DNA from: Fonticula alba ATCC 38817
Lineage: Eukaryota; Protista; Nucleariida
Reading direction: 5' to 3' (one strand)
Assembly: GCA_000388065.2 (NCBI GenBank)
Contig: KB932202.1
DNA length: 10,854 nucleotides
A program made the position numbers and the translations under genes. Under the pieces are notes generated by a model that made no database searches, was not told the origin of the DNA, and saw only the letters and a program-made list of their open reading frames with translations. Below are positions 1 to 7,727 of the stretch, one piece after another. Numbering within the stretch: the stretch's first letter is position 1; every line of letters starts with the position of its first letter.

Positions 1-205
1 GTGGCCACCCCCCCCCCCCCCCCCCCCCCACTGGCACGCCGCCCATACCGGGCCCGTGGTCTGCCCCCTCTTCGCTTCCATCCGCCGCCCGCCCACCAGG
101 AGCCCCTTCTGACCGACGCCCACCCACGCCCCTCCGGGCCACTCGCCCCGGCTCCCGCCGCGCTGCCCCGGCCTCCGGCAACCGCCCCCCCCCCGCCATC
201 AACAG

Positions 206-698
206 TGTGGTTCCTCATCAGTGTCGGACAGGGGATCTTCATGAGCTGCTTCTTCTTCCGCTTGCTCAGGGTGCGCGCGCCATCACGCGGGGGAAGCCCC
301 CTCTCCTGAACAGCCCCCTGCGCGCCCCTCTCGCCCCTCTCGCCCCCCTCCCCTCGGGCCTGCCGCCGCGCCAAGGGAAAAAACCCTCCGGATGCCCCCC
401 CCCCCTCCCAGTTGGCGCTCGGCCTCCCGGGCCATGACGACTGACCCCCAGCCGGACGCCCCTGTGTAGCTATACCTGATTTTCCGCTTCCGCAGCTTCA
501 AGGTGAAGTGGCTGGCCTTCTGGACCTTCCTCTTCTGGCTGCCGAACCCGGTCCTTAACATTGTCAGCTCCGTGATGAAAACCTACGGGCCGGTGGTCGT
601 GGTACGTTTGCGCCCTTCTCGCCGCCACGCGCCGCTCCACGCAGCCGCCACTGACTTGCGCCCGGCCCGCCTGCCTGTCTCGTCCGCGCCTGGTGTCG

Positions 699-729
<31 letters not shown>

Positions 730-1798
730 GGAACTCGCCCGACCCGGTGCCCTCGGGTGGTGGGCGCACCTCATGCCAGAACGGCGAAGAGGGGTGCTTC
801 GATGTCAGCCCGCTGTTTACCATCCTGCTGGCCATCAAGATCCTGATTGGCTTTGCCTTCCTTTACGTACGTGTCCATGGCCGAAGCACCGACATCCGCC
901 TCGCGGGCCGGCTGCGCAGCCAAGGCGGTGGCCGGCCCTTCCACCTGCCCCTCCGGGTGCTCCGGCCCCGGGGCCGAGGCCCGCCCGAGACATGCGCCAT
1001 CCTAACTGGACCCTGTATGTGACCCGGCTGCTCGCCCTGCTCGGCCCACACCACCGCCGGGCGCCGCCGCACGCGCAACACCGCAGACTCTGGTGTACTT
1101 GAACCGGAATGTGCAGAAGCGCTACTTCAACGAGTACCGCACCACCATGACCCTGCTGATCATCACCACCGTGGTGTATGCCTTTTTCATGGCCTTCTTC
1201 ACTCTGCGCCTGTACCGGCGTCCGCTCGGGTACTTGATTGTCCTCTTTGTCTTGGCCGTGGTGCACATCCTCTTCTGGGGCGTCGTCGCCAAGCCGGTCT
1301 ACCATCAGTGCGTGCACATGGCGCTAGCCCCAACACCGAATGAGACGCACGCGCGTGCCCCCGGCGCACAGGCCCCCGCCCCTCGCGGGGCTGGAGCCTC
1401 TCCGGGCTGGCGAGACGGGGCCCCGGCTGACATCCCGCTCGTCCCTTTGTCCCCCCCCCCCCCCCCCGCCTTTCCACAGCATCGTCGACAAAGAAGCCTA
1501 CCTGGTGGCCTTCACCCAGAGCATGCGCCTGGACTTCGAGTCGTCGTCCGGCGACTCGAAGAACAAAACCCTGGACACCTCCTCGAAGGCTGCCTACTCG
1601 GAGCAGGTCTCCGGCATGGGCTTGTCAGCCATCGAGATGGACCGCACCACCATGGACCGCGGCGAGGCAAGTGCCTCTTCTCCCGAGGGTGCGACCACTC
1701 CCCTTCCCAGCGACACCAGCGGCCCGGCGACGCCCGCCTCGGCCGCGGGGCCGCCCCCGCCGCCCTACATGCTGGTGCCCGGCGACAGCTTGGTCTGA
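206..1798 (+). CDS. 7TM membrane protein (GPCR-like, 7TM-RGS/AtRGS1-type TM domain), 5'-partial; exons 206-270, 470-601, 780-866, 1087-1307, 1480-1798
   Basis: Splicing at GT..AG introns (271-469 GTGCGC..TAG; 602-779 GTACGT..CAG; 867-1086 GTACGT..CAG; 1308-1479 GTGCGT..CAG) gives one open frame of about 274 codons ending at TGA 1796-1798: VWFLISVGQGIFMSCFFFRLLRLYLIF..WLAFWTFLFWLPNPVLNIV..NGEEGCFDVSPLFTILLAIKILIGFAFLYTLVYLNRNVQKRYFNEYRTTMTLLII..LGYLIVLFVLAVVHILFWGVVAKPVYHHIVDKEAYL, then a Ser/Pro-rich tail. It has five hydrophobic helices, a Cys in the loop before TM5, and motifs recalled from AtRGS1-type TM domains (VW....G.G..MSC......LY.IF; R.V....F(D/N)E.R). The start codon and TM1-2 are not in this gene model within the window. 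Confidence 0.85.
700..729 (+). repeat. (TGC)10 trinucleotide repeat, intronic
   Basis: Ten perfect TGC units inside intron 602-779. Confidence 0.95.
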
Positions 1799-2075
1799 GA
1801 TGCAGAGAGCAAGATCGGGACACAGGGGCAGGACCGGTGGCAGGCCACGCAGTGGCACACATGCCGGGGCGCCAGAGATGAGACGGCCGGCCGAGGGACA
1901 CACGAGGCATAGGCCTGCACGCCCGGCGCGCCCGGCCCCTGTGGCGCGTGTGGCATATTGTGGCCCTCTCCCTCGCTCTCCCTCTTGCCGAGTGGCCGGT
2001 GAACATGCCATGAGTATGCTTGTCCATGGCCGTGTGTCGACGCGGAGGTGCACAGACGTCCCCACGCATGCTTCA

Positions 2076-2103
2076 TGTGTGTGTGTGTGTGTATGTGCGT
2101 GTG
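2076..2103 (+). repeat. imperfect (TG)n microsatellite
   Basis: tgtgtgtgtgtgtgtgtatgtgcgtgtg between gene 1 and gene 2. Confidence 0.9.
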
Positions 2104-2406
2104 AGTACTTCCCTGCGATGATCCCACCGGCCCCGCCCTCTTGTCGGACAGTGTGTTCTCCTTTGCGTGCGCCAAGGCGCGTGCAGTTTTGTCCGGAAAC
2201 ACGTCCGACAGGAAAGACCCCGTTTCGGGGGGCGGAGGCGCGAGAGAGGGGATCGGCCCGGCCTCCATCTCCCAAGGAGCCCGCTCGCCAAGTTTCTCGA
2301 GCACCCCCTCGGCCTCCTTGTGTCGGGCCTCCGGCTCCTCGCCGTGGCCCGGTCTTGCGGCCTCTGGCCCGGACCCTGTGCCCATGCCCCGGGCTGGCCT
2401 TTCTGC

Positions 2407-2416
2407 NNNNNNNNNN
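2407..2416. other. assembly gap (10 N)
   Basis: Run of N in the sequence. Confidence 1.
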
Positions 2417-2533
2417 GAGGTTGCCCAACAACCGCTCCCCTCCTCCCCCCAATTCCACCCCTCGCACGCATCGGATCCCTCCCTCCGCCCCCCTCCCCCC
2501 CCAACCCCCCGCCGAGCCCCATCGCCCGCAGTC

Positions 2534-3070
2534 ATGGCCATGTCCACCAGCGAGCTGTGGTCGGAGCTTGACAGCCATGTCAGCACCTGGGCCACCCTGC
2601 TGCCGAAGCTGGTGCTCGACCCGCTGACCGGCGAGTACAACGACCCGGACTTCGACGTGCACTACTTCCACTCCATCACCCGGGATAAGGTCATCTTCGC
2701 GCTGGTGACATGCGCCTCGATCTTCTTCAATGGCCTGGTCCTGGCTTACATGTGGTACCACCGGTCGTACCTGCCCTTCAAGGCCAAGCAGCTGGACATG
2801 GTGACGTGGATGCTGGTCGGTGCGCGTGTGGACCTCCGGGCGCGACTCGCCCCCCTCCCCCCCCTCCCCCCCGCGTGCCCAGGCGCCTCGCTCACAGATG
2901 ACGGCCTCCTGCGCATCGGTGTCCACTGACATGCGCTTTTTCCCTCCCTCCTCCCCCTCCCCCGGCCTCGCGACCACCCCGGCGCCTGGGTGCCACTTGC
3001 CTCTCCGCCACCGGCTGATGGATGGGGCTCTCACTGAACAGGTGCCGGGATTTTCTATGTCGCCACTCTG
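2534..3070 (+). CDS. N-terminal exons (2534-2819, 3042-3070) of a second 7TM-family membrane protein: extracellular N-terminus, TM1, TM2
   Basis: ATG at 2534. Translation: MAMSTSELWSELDSHVSTWATLLPKLVLDPLTGEYNDPDFDVHYFHSITRDKVIFALVTCASIFFNGLVLAYMWYHRSYLPFKAKQLDMVTWMLVG|AGIFYVATL. Donor GTGCGC at 2820 (phase 1) joins acceptor CAG at 3039-3041. The 29-nt exon completes a hydrophobic helix and ends at donor GTACGC 3071. The R.Y.P.KAK segment after TM1 resembles the first intracellular loop of 7TM-RGS/class-C-like TM domains (recalled family knowledge). Codon usage is strongly C/G-ending. Confidence 0.8.
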
Positions 3071-3143
3071 GTACGCCTCCGGGCCGCGGGCCGACGACAT
3101 GCCCCCCACCTTTGCCCATTTGGCCCCGATGGCAGGCAAACGC

Positions 3144-3150
<7 letters not shown>

Positions 3151-3186
<36 letters not shown>
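3151..3186 (+). repeat. (CCG)12 trinucleotide repeat, probably intronic
   Basis: Twelve perfect CCG units downstream of the donor at 3071. Confidence 0.95.
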
Positions 3187-3188
<2 letters not shown>

Positions 3189-3235
3189 CCATCCACCTCT
3201 GTGTCGATTATTGACAACGCCCCCCCCCCCCCCCC

Positions 3236-3285
3236 NNNNNNNNNNNNNNNNNNNNNNNNNNNNNNNNNNNNNNNNNNNNNNNNNN
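3236..3285. other. assembly gap (50 N) flanked on both sides by poly-C
   Basis: Run of N with C tracts immediately before and after. The true length is unknown. Confidence 1.
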
Positions 3286-3409
3286 CCCCCCCCTCCCTCC
3301 TCCCCCTCATGCCCGGGCTCCTGCCCTCCTTTGCGCCCCTCCCTTCCCTTCGGCCGCCGTTCTCCCTTCTCACCTTCCGGCCGCGCTCGCCTTGCCGCAT
3401 ATGCTGCAG

Positions 3410-4276
3410 CTCTATGGCCAGGGCGTCATTTCGGTCCACGAGGATGTGGCCAACTCGCCGCTTCCGCCCACCTGGGGCGACAACTCCTCGGGCGCCACGG
3501 CTGCTGCCACCGGCTCCGGGCCCGACTGTCGGAGCCCGTCGCCCACCGGCTCCGGGGCAGGGGCCTCCTCGGCGGATGCCGGGGCGTCGGCCAGCTCGGC
3601 CCGCCGGCACCTGTATGTGTCCTTCACGCCGGACCCGAACTCGGTGCGCTTCCAGCGACTGGCCTCGTCCCTGCGTCTGGATCTGGACCAGCGCCGCATC
3701 GCGGCCCTCATGCTGGTGGATGCCTTCTTCAAGTTGTCGGAGGCTCGGCGCGAGGCGCGCATCGGCATGGACTTCCTGCTGGAGCCGCCGGCCGGTGCTC
3801 GCAACCATCACCAGGCCGGCGGGCCGATGCTGCCGGCGGCCGCCAGCCCCGAGCAGCACGCCGCCGAGGCGACACCTGCCGGCGCCGCTGCCCCGGCCCC
3901 GACGACGGCCGAGGCCCCCGGCGCCGCCACCCCTGGGGCCGATGCTGCCCAGCCCCGGCTGCCCATCATCCAGCATGATGTGGAACTTCCCTCGGGGGCC
4001 GTGTGGACCATGGACCTTGGGCGCTTCCTTCGCCGGCATGAGCTGGCCCTGGAGTATGTCAAGCTCTATGGCACGGTGTCCAGCTTTGTTCGCCGGTGCC
4101 GAAGCACCTCCCTCTCGGACGAGACCATTCGCGAGTTCATGTCGGACGATGTGGCCGCGGTGCACGCGCGCGGCGCGGCCGCGCCTCCCACCACCCCGAC
4201 CGGCGCTCCGCTGGAGACCTACTTCGAGATCGTCGGCAACGAGCACGACCAGTACATCATTCGCCGGCGCAAGTAG
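3410..4276 (+). CDS. terminal coding exon, 288 aa soluble region with two ordered blocks separated by Ala/Pro/Gly linkers; possibly exon 3 of the gene starting at 2534
   Basis: A pyrimidine tract and acceptor CAG (3407-3409) precede an open frame LYGQGVISVHEDV..RRHLYVSFTPDPNSVRFQRLASSLRLDLDQRRIAALMLVDAFFKL..LPIIQHDVELPSGAVWTMDLGRFLRRHELALEYVKLYGTVSSFVRRC..LETYFEIVGNEHDQYIIRRRK, ending at TAG 4274-4276, with coding-type codon bias. Phase 0 matches the donor at 3071 (join 2534-2819, 3042-3070, 3410-4276 = 394 codons), but the 50-N gap lies in between. An in-frame ATG at 3401 is an alternative. Confidence 0.75.
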   Translation, partial: LYGQGVISVHEDVANSPLPPTWGDNSSGATAAATGSGPDCRSPSPTGSGAGASSADAGASASSARRHLYVSFTPDPNSVRFQRLASSLRLDLDQRRIAALMLVDAFFKLSEARREARIGMDFLLEPPAGARNHHQAGGPMLPAAASPEQHAAEATPAGAAAPAPTTAEAPGAATPGADAAQPRLPIIQHDVELPSGAVWTMDLGRFLRRHELALEYVKLYGTVSSFVRRCRSTSLSDETIREFMSDDVAAVHARGAAAPPTTPTGAPLETYFEIVGNEHDQYIIRRRK

Positions 4277-4672
4277 TGGCAGTGTGTCGGCCACGCACGC
4301 GCGCGCATCCCATGGCTGGTGTCCCTCCCCCTCCCCCTTTTCTTCAGAAAGCTGTATTCTATTGTCCCCTCTCCCCTCTCCCCCCCCTCCCTCCCTCCCG
4401 CCCCCTCTGCACTCTCATATCCTGGGCACCAGTTCCCCGGCGAGGGATGGGAGCTCCCCTTTGGCTCGGCTCTCCTCTCTGCTACCTTCGATCTCCCCCC
4501 AGAGGGCGACCGTCCTTGAGGCCTTTTCTTCCCGCCCCCCCCCTGCCCCCCTCTTTCCCCCCTGCTCTCTCCCTCTTCTTCCCTTTCAGTCATTGTTACT
4601 TCACCATGTGGCGTGTGGGTGCAAGATACTCCCCCACCCCGCCCCAGCTCCGGAAAAAAAATACACCCCTTC

Positions 4673-4694
4673 CACACACACACACACACACACA
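4673..4694 (+). repeat. (CA)11 microsatellite
   Basis: Direct read of the intergenic region between 4276 and about 5140. Confidence 0.95.
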
Positions 4695-4771
4695 TACGCA
4701 GAGAGAAGTCCCCCCCCCCCTCCCCCGGCTGTGTCTTCTCTGTCGGGCGAGCGGTGCGGCCAAGGGCGCGA

Positions 4772-4780
4772 GTCACGTGA
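4772..4780. promoter_or_regulatory. GTCACGTGA E-box (Cbf1/USF/TFE-type bHLH consensus), candidate promoter element
   Basis: Palindromic TCACGTGA in the intergenic region about 360 nt upstream of the putative ATG at 5140. This is a motif match only. Confidence 0.3.
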
Positions 4781-5139
4781 TGTCCATTTGAAATCTCTCC
4801 CGCCCTGAGACAGGGCATCCCCGCCCCGGGCGGATGTCACACGCCGGGGCGGCTTGTTTTTCGGGGGGGTGGGCCGAGGCACGGCCTCGCCCACAACACT
4901 TTCGATCTTGGCGCCGGCCGCCTGGCGGCCGCCGTCTCCCCCGGGGACCGGGGCCTGGCCCGCCCGAGCGGGGCCGGCCTTTCACATGCCCACAGCCGGG
5001 CAGCTCTCACGGCGCCTCCCGGCCGGCGCGGCGCCTGCCGGGATGGAGACATGTGTCCTCGGGAACAATGGATGCCTGGGCGGGCTCCCCCCCCCCCCCC
5101 CCGCCAGGGAGATCTGATCCAGGCGGATTGCCCGGCGCC

Positions 5140-5266
5140 ATGGCCCCCTCCCGACTGGAGGGGCGAGCCGGGCCGGCATGGCGGACAGCACGAAGCCCGC
5201 GGCGGCAGGCCGGCGGGGGGGGGGGCTTCTTCGGCGGTCGTCCTCAGGCTCCCGGCCACTGGCCGG
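5140..5266 (+). CDS. tentative first exon of the disordered-protein gene
   Basis: ATG in GCGCCATGG context at 5140 and donor GTGCGG at 5267 give phase 1, matching the acceptor at 5926 (..FFGGRPQAPGHWPG|RRKR). ATG 5178 (MADSTKPAAAGRR) has better codon usage and would join the same frame if the G11 run at 5215-5225 were one base shorter. The true 5' structure is unresolved. Confidence 0.35.
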
Positions 5267-5556
5267 GTGCGGGTCACCTCCCCTCCCCAGCCCGGCGCCC
5301 CTTCTAGCCTGCCCTGCCCTTTTCGCTTGTCCTCCTCTTTGAGCCGTCTTTTGTGCTGGCATCGCCTCGAGCCCTCGCTTGCTGCGGCCCACTCGCCCCT
5401 TCCTGCCGCTCCTCCGCGCCGTCCGTCGTCTCTCGGCCCAGCCCCTTTGCCATCCCAGCCCCCCCCCCCCCCCCCCCGCCTGGAGCCCGGATCGTGCTCC
5501 ACCAACGATGGCCAGGGAAGCCGGGGCGGAGAGCGTCCTTGGTCCGGGTCTCTTGT

Positions 5557-5557
<1 letters not shown>

Positions 5558-5609
<52 letters not shown>

Positions 5610-5618
5610 CCCCCCCCC

Positions 5619-5650
<32 letters not shown>
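5558..5650 (+). repeat. 93-nt poly-C tract (two T interruptions at 5607 and 5619)
   Basis: Direct read. It lies in the putative intron upstream of 5927, and its length may be mis-assembled. Confidence 0.95.
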
Positions 5651-5651
<1 letters not shown>

Positions 5652-5926
5652 CCATTCCCCCGCACCGGCTCGCGCCCTCGTGCCGGCCCGAGACACCTGG
5701 CATCTAACAACAATACACAATCCCCTTCGTATCCGCGCTGTATGCCTTCTCGCGCCCCCCCCCCCCCTCTGCCTGTGCCCTGCATCCGTGCGCGTACGCC
5801 CACTCGAACACACCCCTATCTCGGGTGTGCATTCTCACATGTGTGAATGTATGCATTCACACGTGTCGCGACTTGCCCGGCCCATGCGTTTGGTACTTGT
5901 GCCGGCCGTCGCGCTGGCCCGGGCAG

Positions 5927-7323
5927 GACGGCGCAAGCGCGGCACCCCGGCCCAGCAGCCGGGCTCCGCAAAGAGCGACTTCTCCCCCAGCTCCGAGGAC
6001 TTCAGCGCCAATGTGTCCGGCGAGCACAGCCCCTTCCCCGGGCCCGGGGAGCATGCTGGCCCAGGTGCAGATCTCTCGACGAAAATCATCAACCAATCGG
6101 AGGACTCGGCTCTGGCCGGGGCCGGCCACCCCACCGGCAGGGACACCGACCCCGGCACTGGCAGCAGTCGCAGCCACAGCACCGGCCATTTGAGTGGCCG
6201 GTCTAGCAGCGTCAGCAGCAGCAGCAGCAGCGGCGGCGGCATCAGGTCGCCACAGCGCCTGACCAGCGGGCAGGGGCATCCCCACACGCCGGCGCACGGG
6301 TACTACCATGCGGAGGACGAGGAGCTGGCCCTGGCCGCGGCACAGCACCAGGCAGCCCGGCGACTGCCGCACGCGGCGAGCATCAGCAGCACCGTGGCCC
6401 TGCGGAGCTACGACGGCCGGGACTTCGACCCCGAGGCGGCGGTCGGCATGGGCCCCGGCTCGGGCTCGGACATCCTGCCCGCCGGCGGGGGCTTCCTGAG
6501 TGGCGACCTCCTCGGGGCCAATGCCAGCGGCCTGGCCATTGTCATCGACCCGGCCGAGGAGCATCAGCCGGGTGCCGCCGGCCGGCACCTGCCCTACGGC
6601 CAGCATGATGGGCTTTCGGCCGATGACGACTGCTCCGAGTACTCGGACTTGCCGCCGATGGATGAGTATTCGGATGACATGCTGACCAGCACCGGCGAGT
6701 GCGAGGGCAGCATGAAGCTACGGCCGCCCGAGGGGGGGGCCAGCAGCCCGGCGGCCGGCAGCGGGGATGGCCGCCGGCGGGCCGGGAAACCCGGCCCCGG
6801 GGCGGCCCTCGTGTCGCGCAGCCAAAGCGGCACCGGGGCCGGGCTCCCGCGGCCGGTCAGCGGGGAAACCGCCTGGTCGGCCCGGAGCTCCACCTCCTCG
6901 ATCACCATCGAAATTGACTGCATGCTGGACCCGACGGCCCATCGGGCCGCGGTGGCTGGACTCGAGAGCCAGCTCCAGGACATGCAGCTTCGCCGGGGCG
7001 AGTGGTCGCGCTCCAACTCCCGGCAGTTCACGGACCTTGAGATGACCGGCGTGGCGGCCAGCAGCCTGGAGGCTGAGAATGCCGTGGCGGCCCCGGCCGC
7101 GGGCATCGCCGCGACCAATGCAGATGCCGCCCTCCAGGAGCCCGCCAGTGGGGGCGGCATCTCCGAAGAGACGGAGACTTTCGCCGCCGACGATGAGTAC
7201 GACGAGGAGGACCCCTCGGGCGGCCGGCTACACCACCACGGCCACTACTCCTACTACCAGCACCAGCCTCACCACCATCCGGGTGACCAGGAGCATGGTC
7301 GGGGCCATCGCCGGCCTTTCTGA
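5927..7323 (+). CDS. large terminal exon of an intrinsically disordered Ser/Gly/Ala/Pro/acidic protein with His/Tyr/Gln-rich C-terminus; no recognisable domain
   Basis: Acceptor GCAG at 5923-5926 follows a 232-nt AG-free zone. About 465 codons of C/G-ending biased sequence run from RRKRGTPAQQ.. to ..DDEYDEEDPSGGRLHHHGHYSYYQHQPHHHPGDQEHGRGHRRPF, ending at a tandem stop TGATGA (7321-7326). The upstream part of track ORF 5353..7323 is intronic poly-C read-through. Confidence 0.8.
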
Positions 7324-7714
7324 TGACACCGTGGTGTTTGTTGGTGTTGGTGTTGTTGCCTTCTTTGCTGTGCCCGTCCCCCGGGACTTCGCCGTTTGGC
7401 TCGGCCCCATCTCCTCCCGGGCGCCCTTCCCCTCGCGGCCCCTCTCGCGCCCCGGGCTCGCTGTCCTCTGTGCGCATTTTGTACATAGGGGGTCAGCCGG
7501 CCGGGGAGAGAGTCCGACACAGAAGGGCGGACCGGGAAGTGTGGGCACCCGCCGATGCAGGGAGGGGGGAACAAAGGAAATACACACTCAAATATAAGGC
7601 CACAGCCTTCTGCCAAGGGCCGGCGGGGCGACGAGGACCGGGGATGGAACAGAGCGCGCCCGGGAAGAAAAAGGGCCGATCAGCGCAATAAGGCTAATGG
7701 TGAGAAAACCCCGG

Positions 7715-7727
7715 TAATTAATATTAG
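7715..7727. promoter_or_regulatory. AT-only island TAATTAATATTAG containing a MEF2/Rlm1-type match (TTAATATTAG) and TAATTA
   Basis: Twelve consecutive A/T in a very GC-rich background; 7718-7727 fits YTA(W)4TAR. It could alternatively be a 3'-end processing signal of the 5927-7323 gene. Confidence 0.25.

Noticed and set aside
1667-1710. Short 44-nt GC-AG intron shifting gene 1 into the frame ending at 1881
   Set aside because: It is far shorter than the other introns (about 170-220 nt), has no branch motif, and the resulting tail is not coding-like.
2529-2533. CAG just before ATG 2534 as a splice acceptor for an upstream exon
   Set aside because: There is no CTRAC-like branch motif in 2417-2531 and another AG lies shortly upstream, unlike the supported introns. 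It is treated as 5' UTR, though the gap at 2407 limits certainty.
3136-3235. Possible exon after GCAG 3132-3135 encoding ANAPPPPPPP..
   Set aside because: It is only a translation of the CCG repeat and poly-C, has no family similarity, and no branch motif precedes it.
1625-4294. 889-aa minus-strand ORF (and other antisense ORFs over genes 1-3)
   Set aside because: It is the antisense shadow of GC-biased + strand exons, runs through two N gaps and introns, and has no protein-like composition.
2820-4808. 662-aa + strand ORF
   Set aside because: It starts at an intron donor, crosses the N gap, and overlaps the real 3410-4276 exon in another frame. The Arg/Pro/Ser-rich translation is typical of off-frame GC-rich DNA.
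7296-7597. Overlapping ORF with a TM-like stretch (VVFVGVGVVAFFAV)
   Set aside because: The hydrophobicity arises from a GTT/GGT-rich 3' UTR right after the tandem stop of gene 3, and there is no supporting codon bias.
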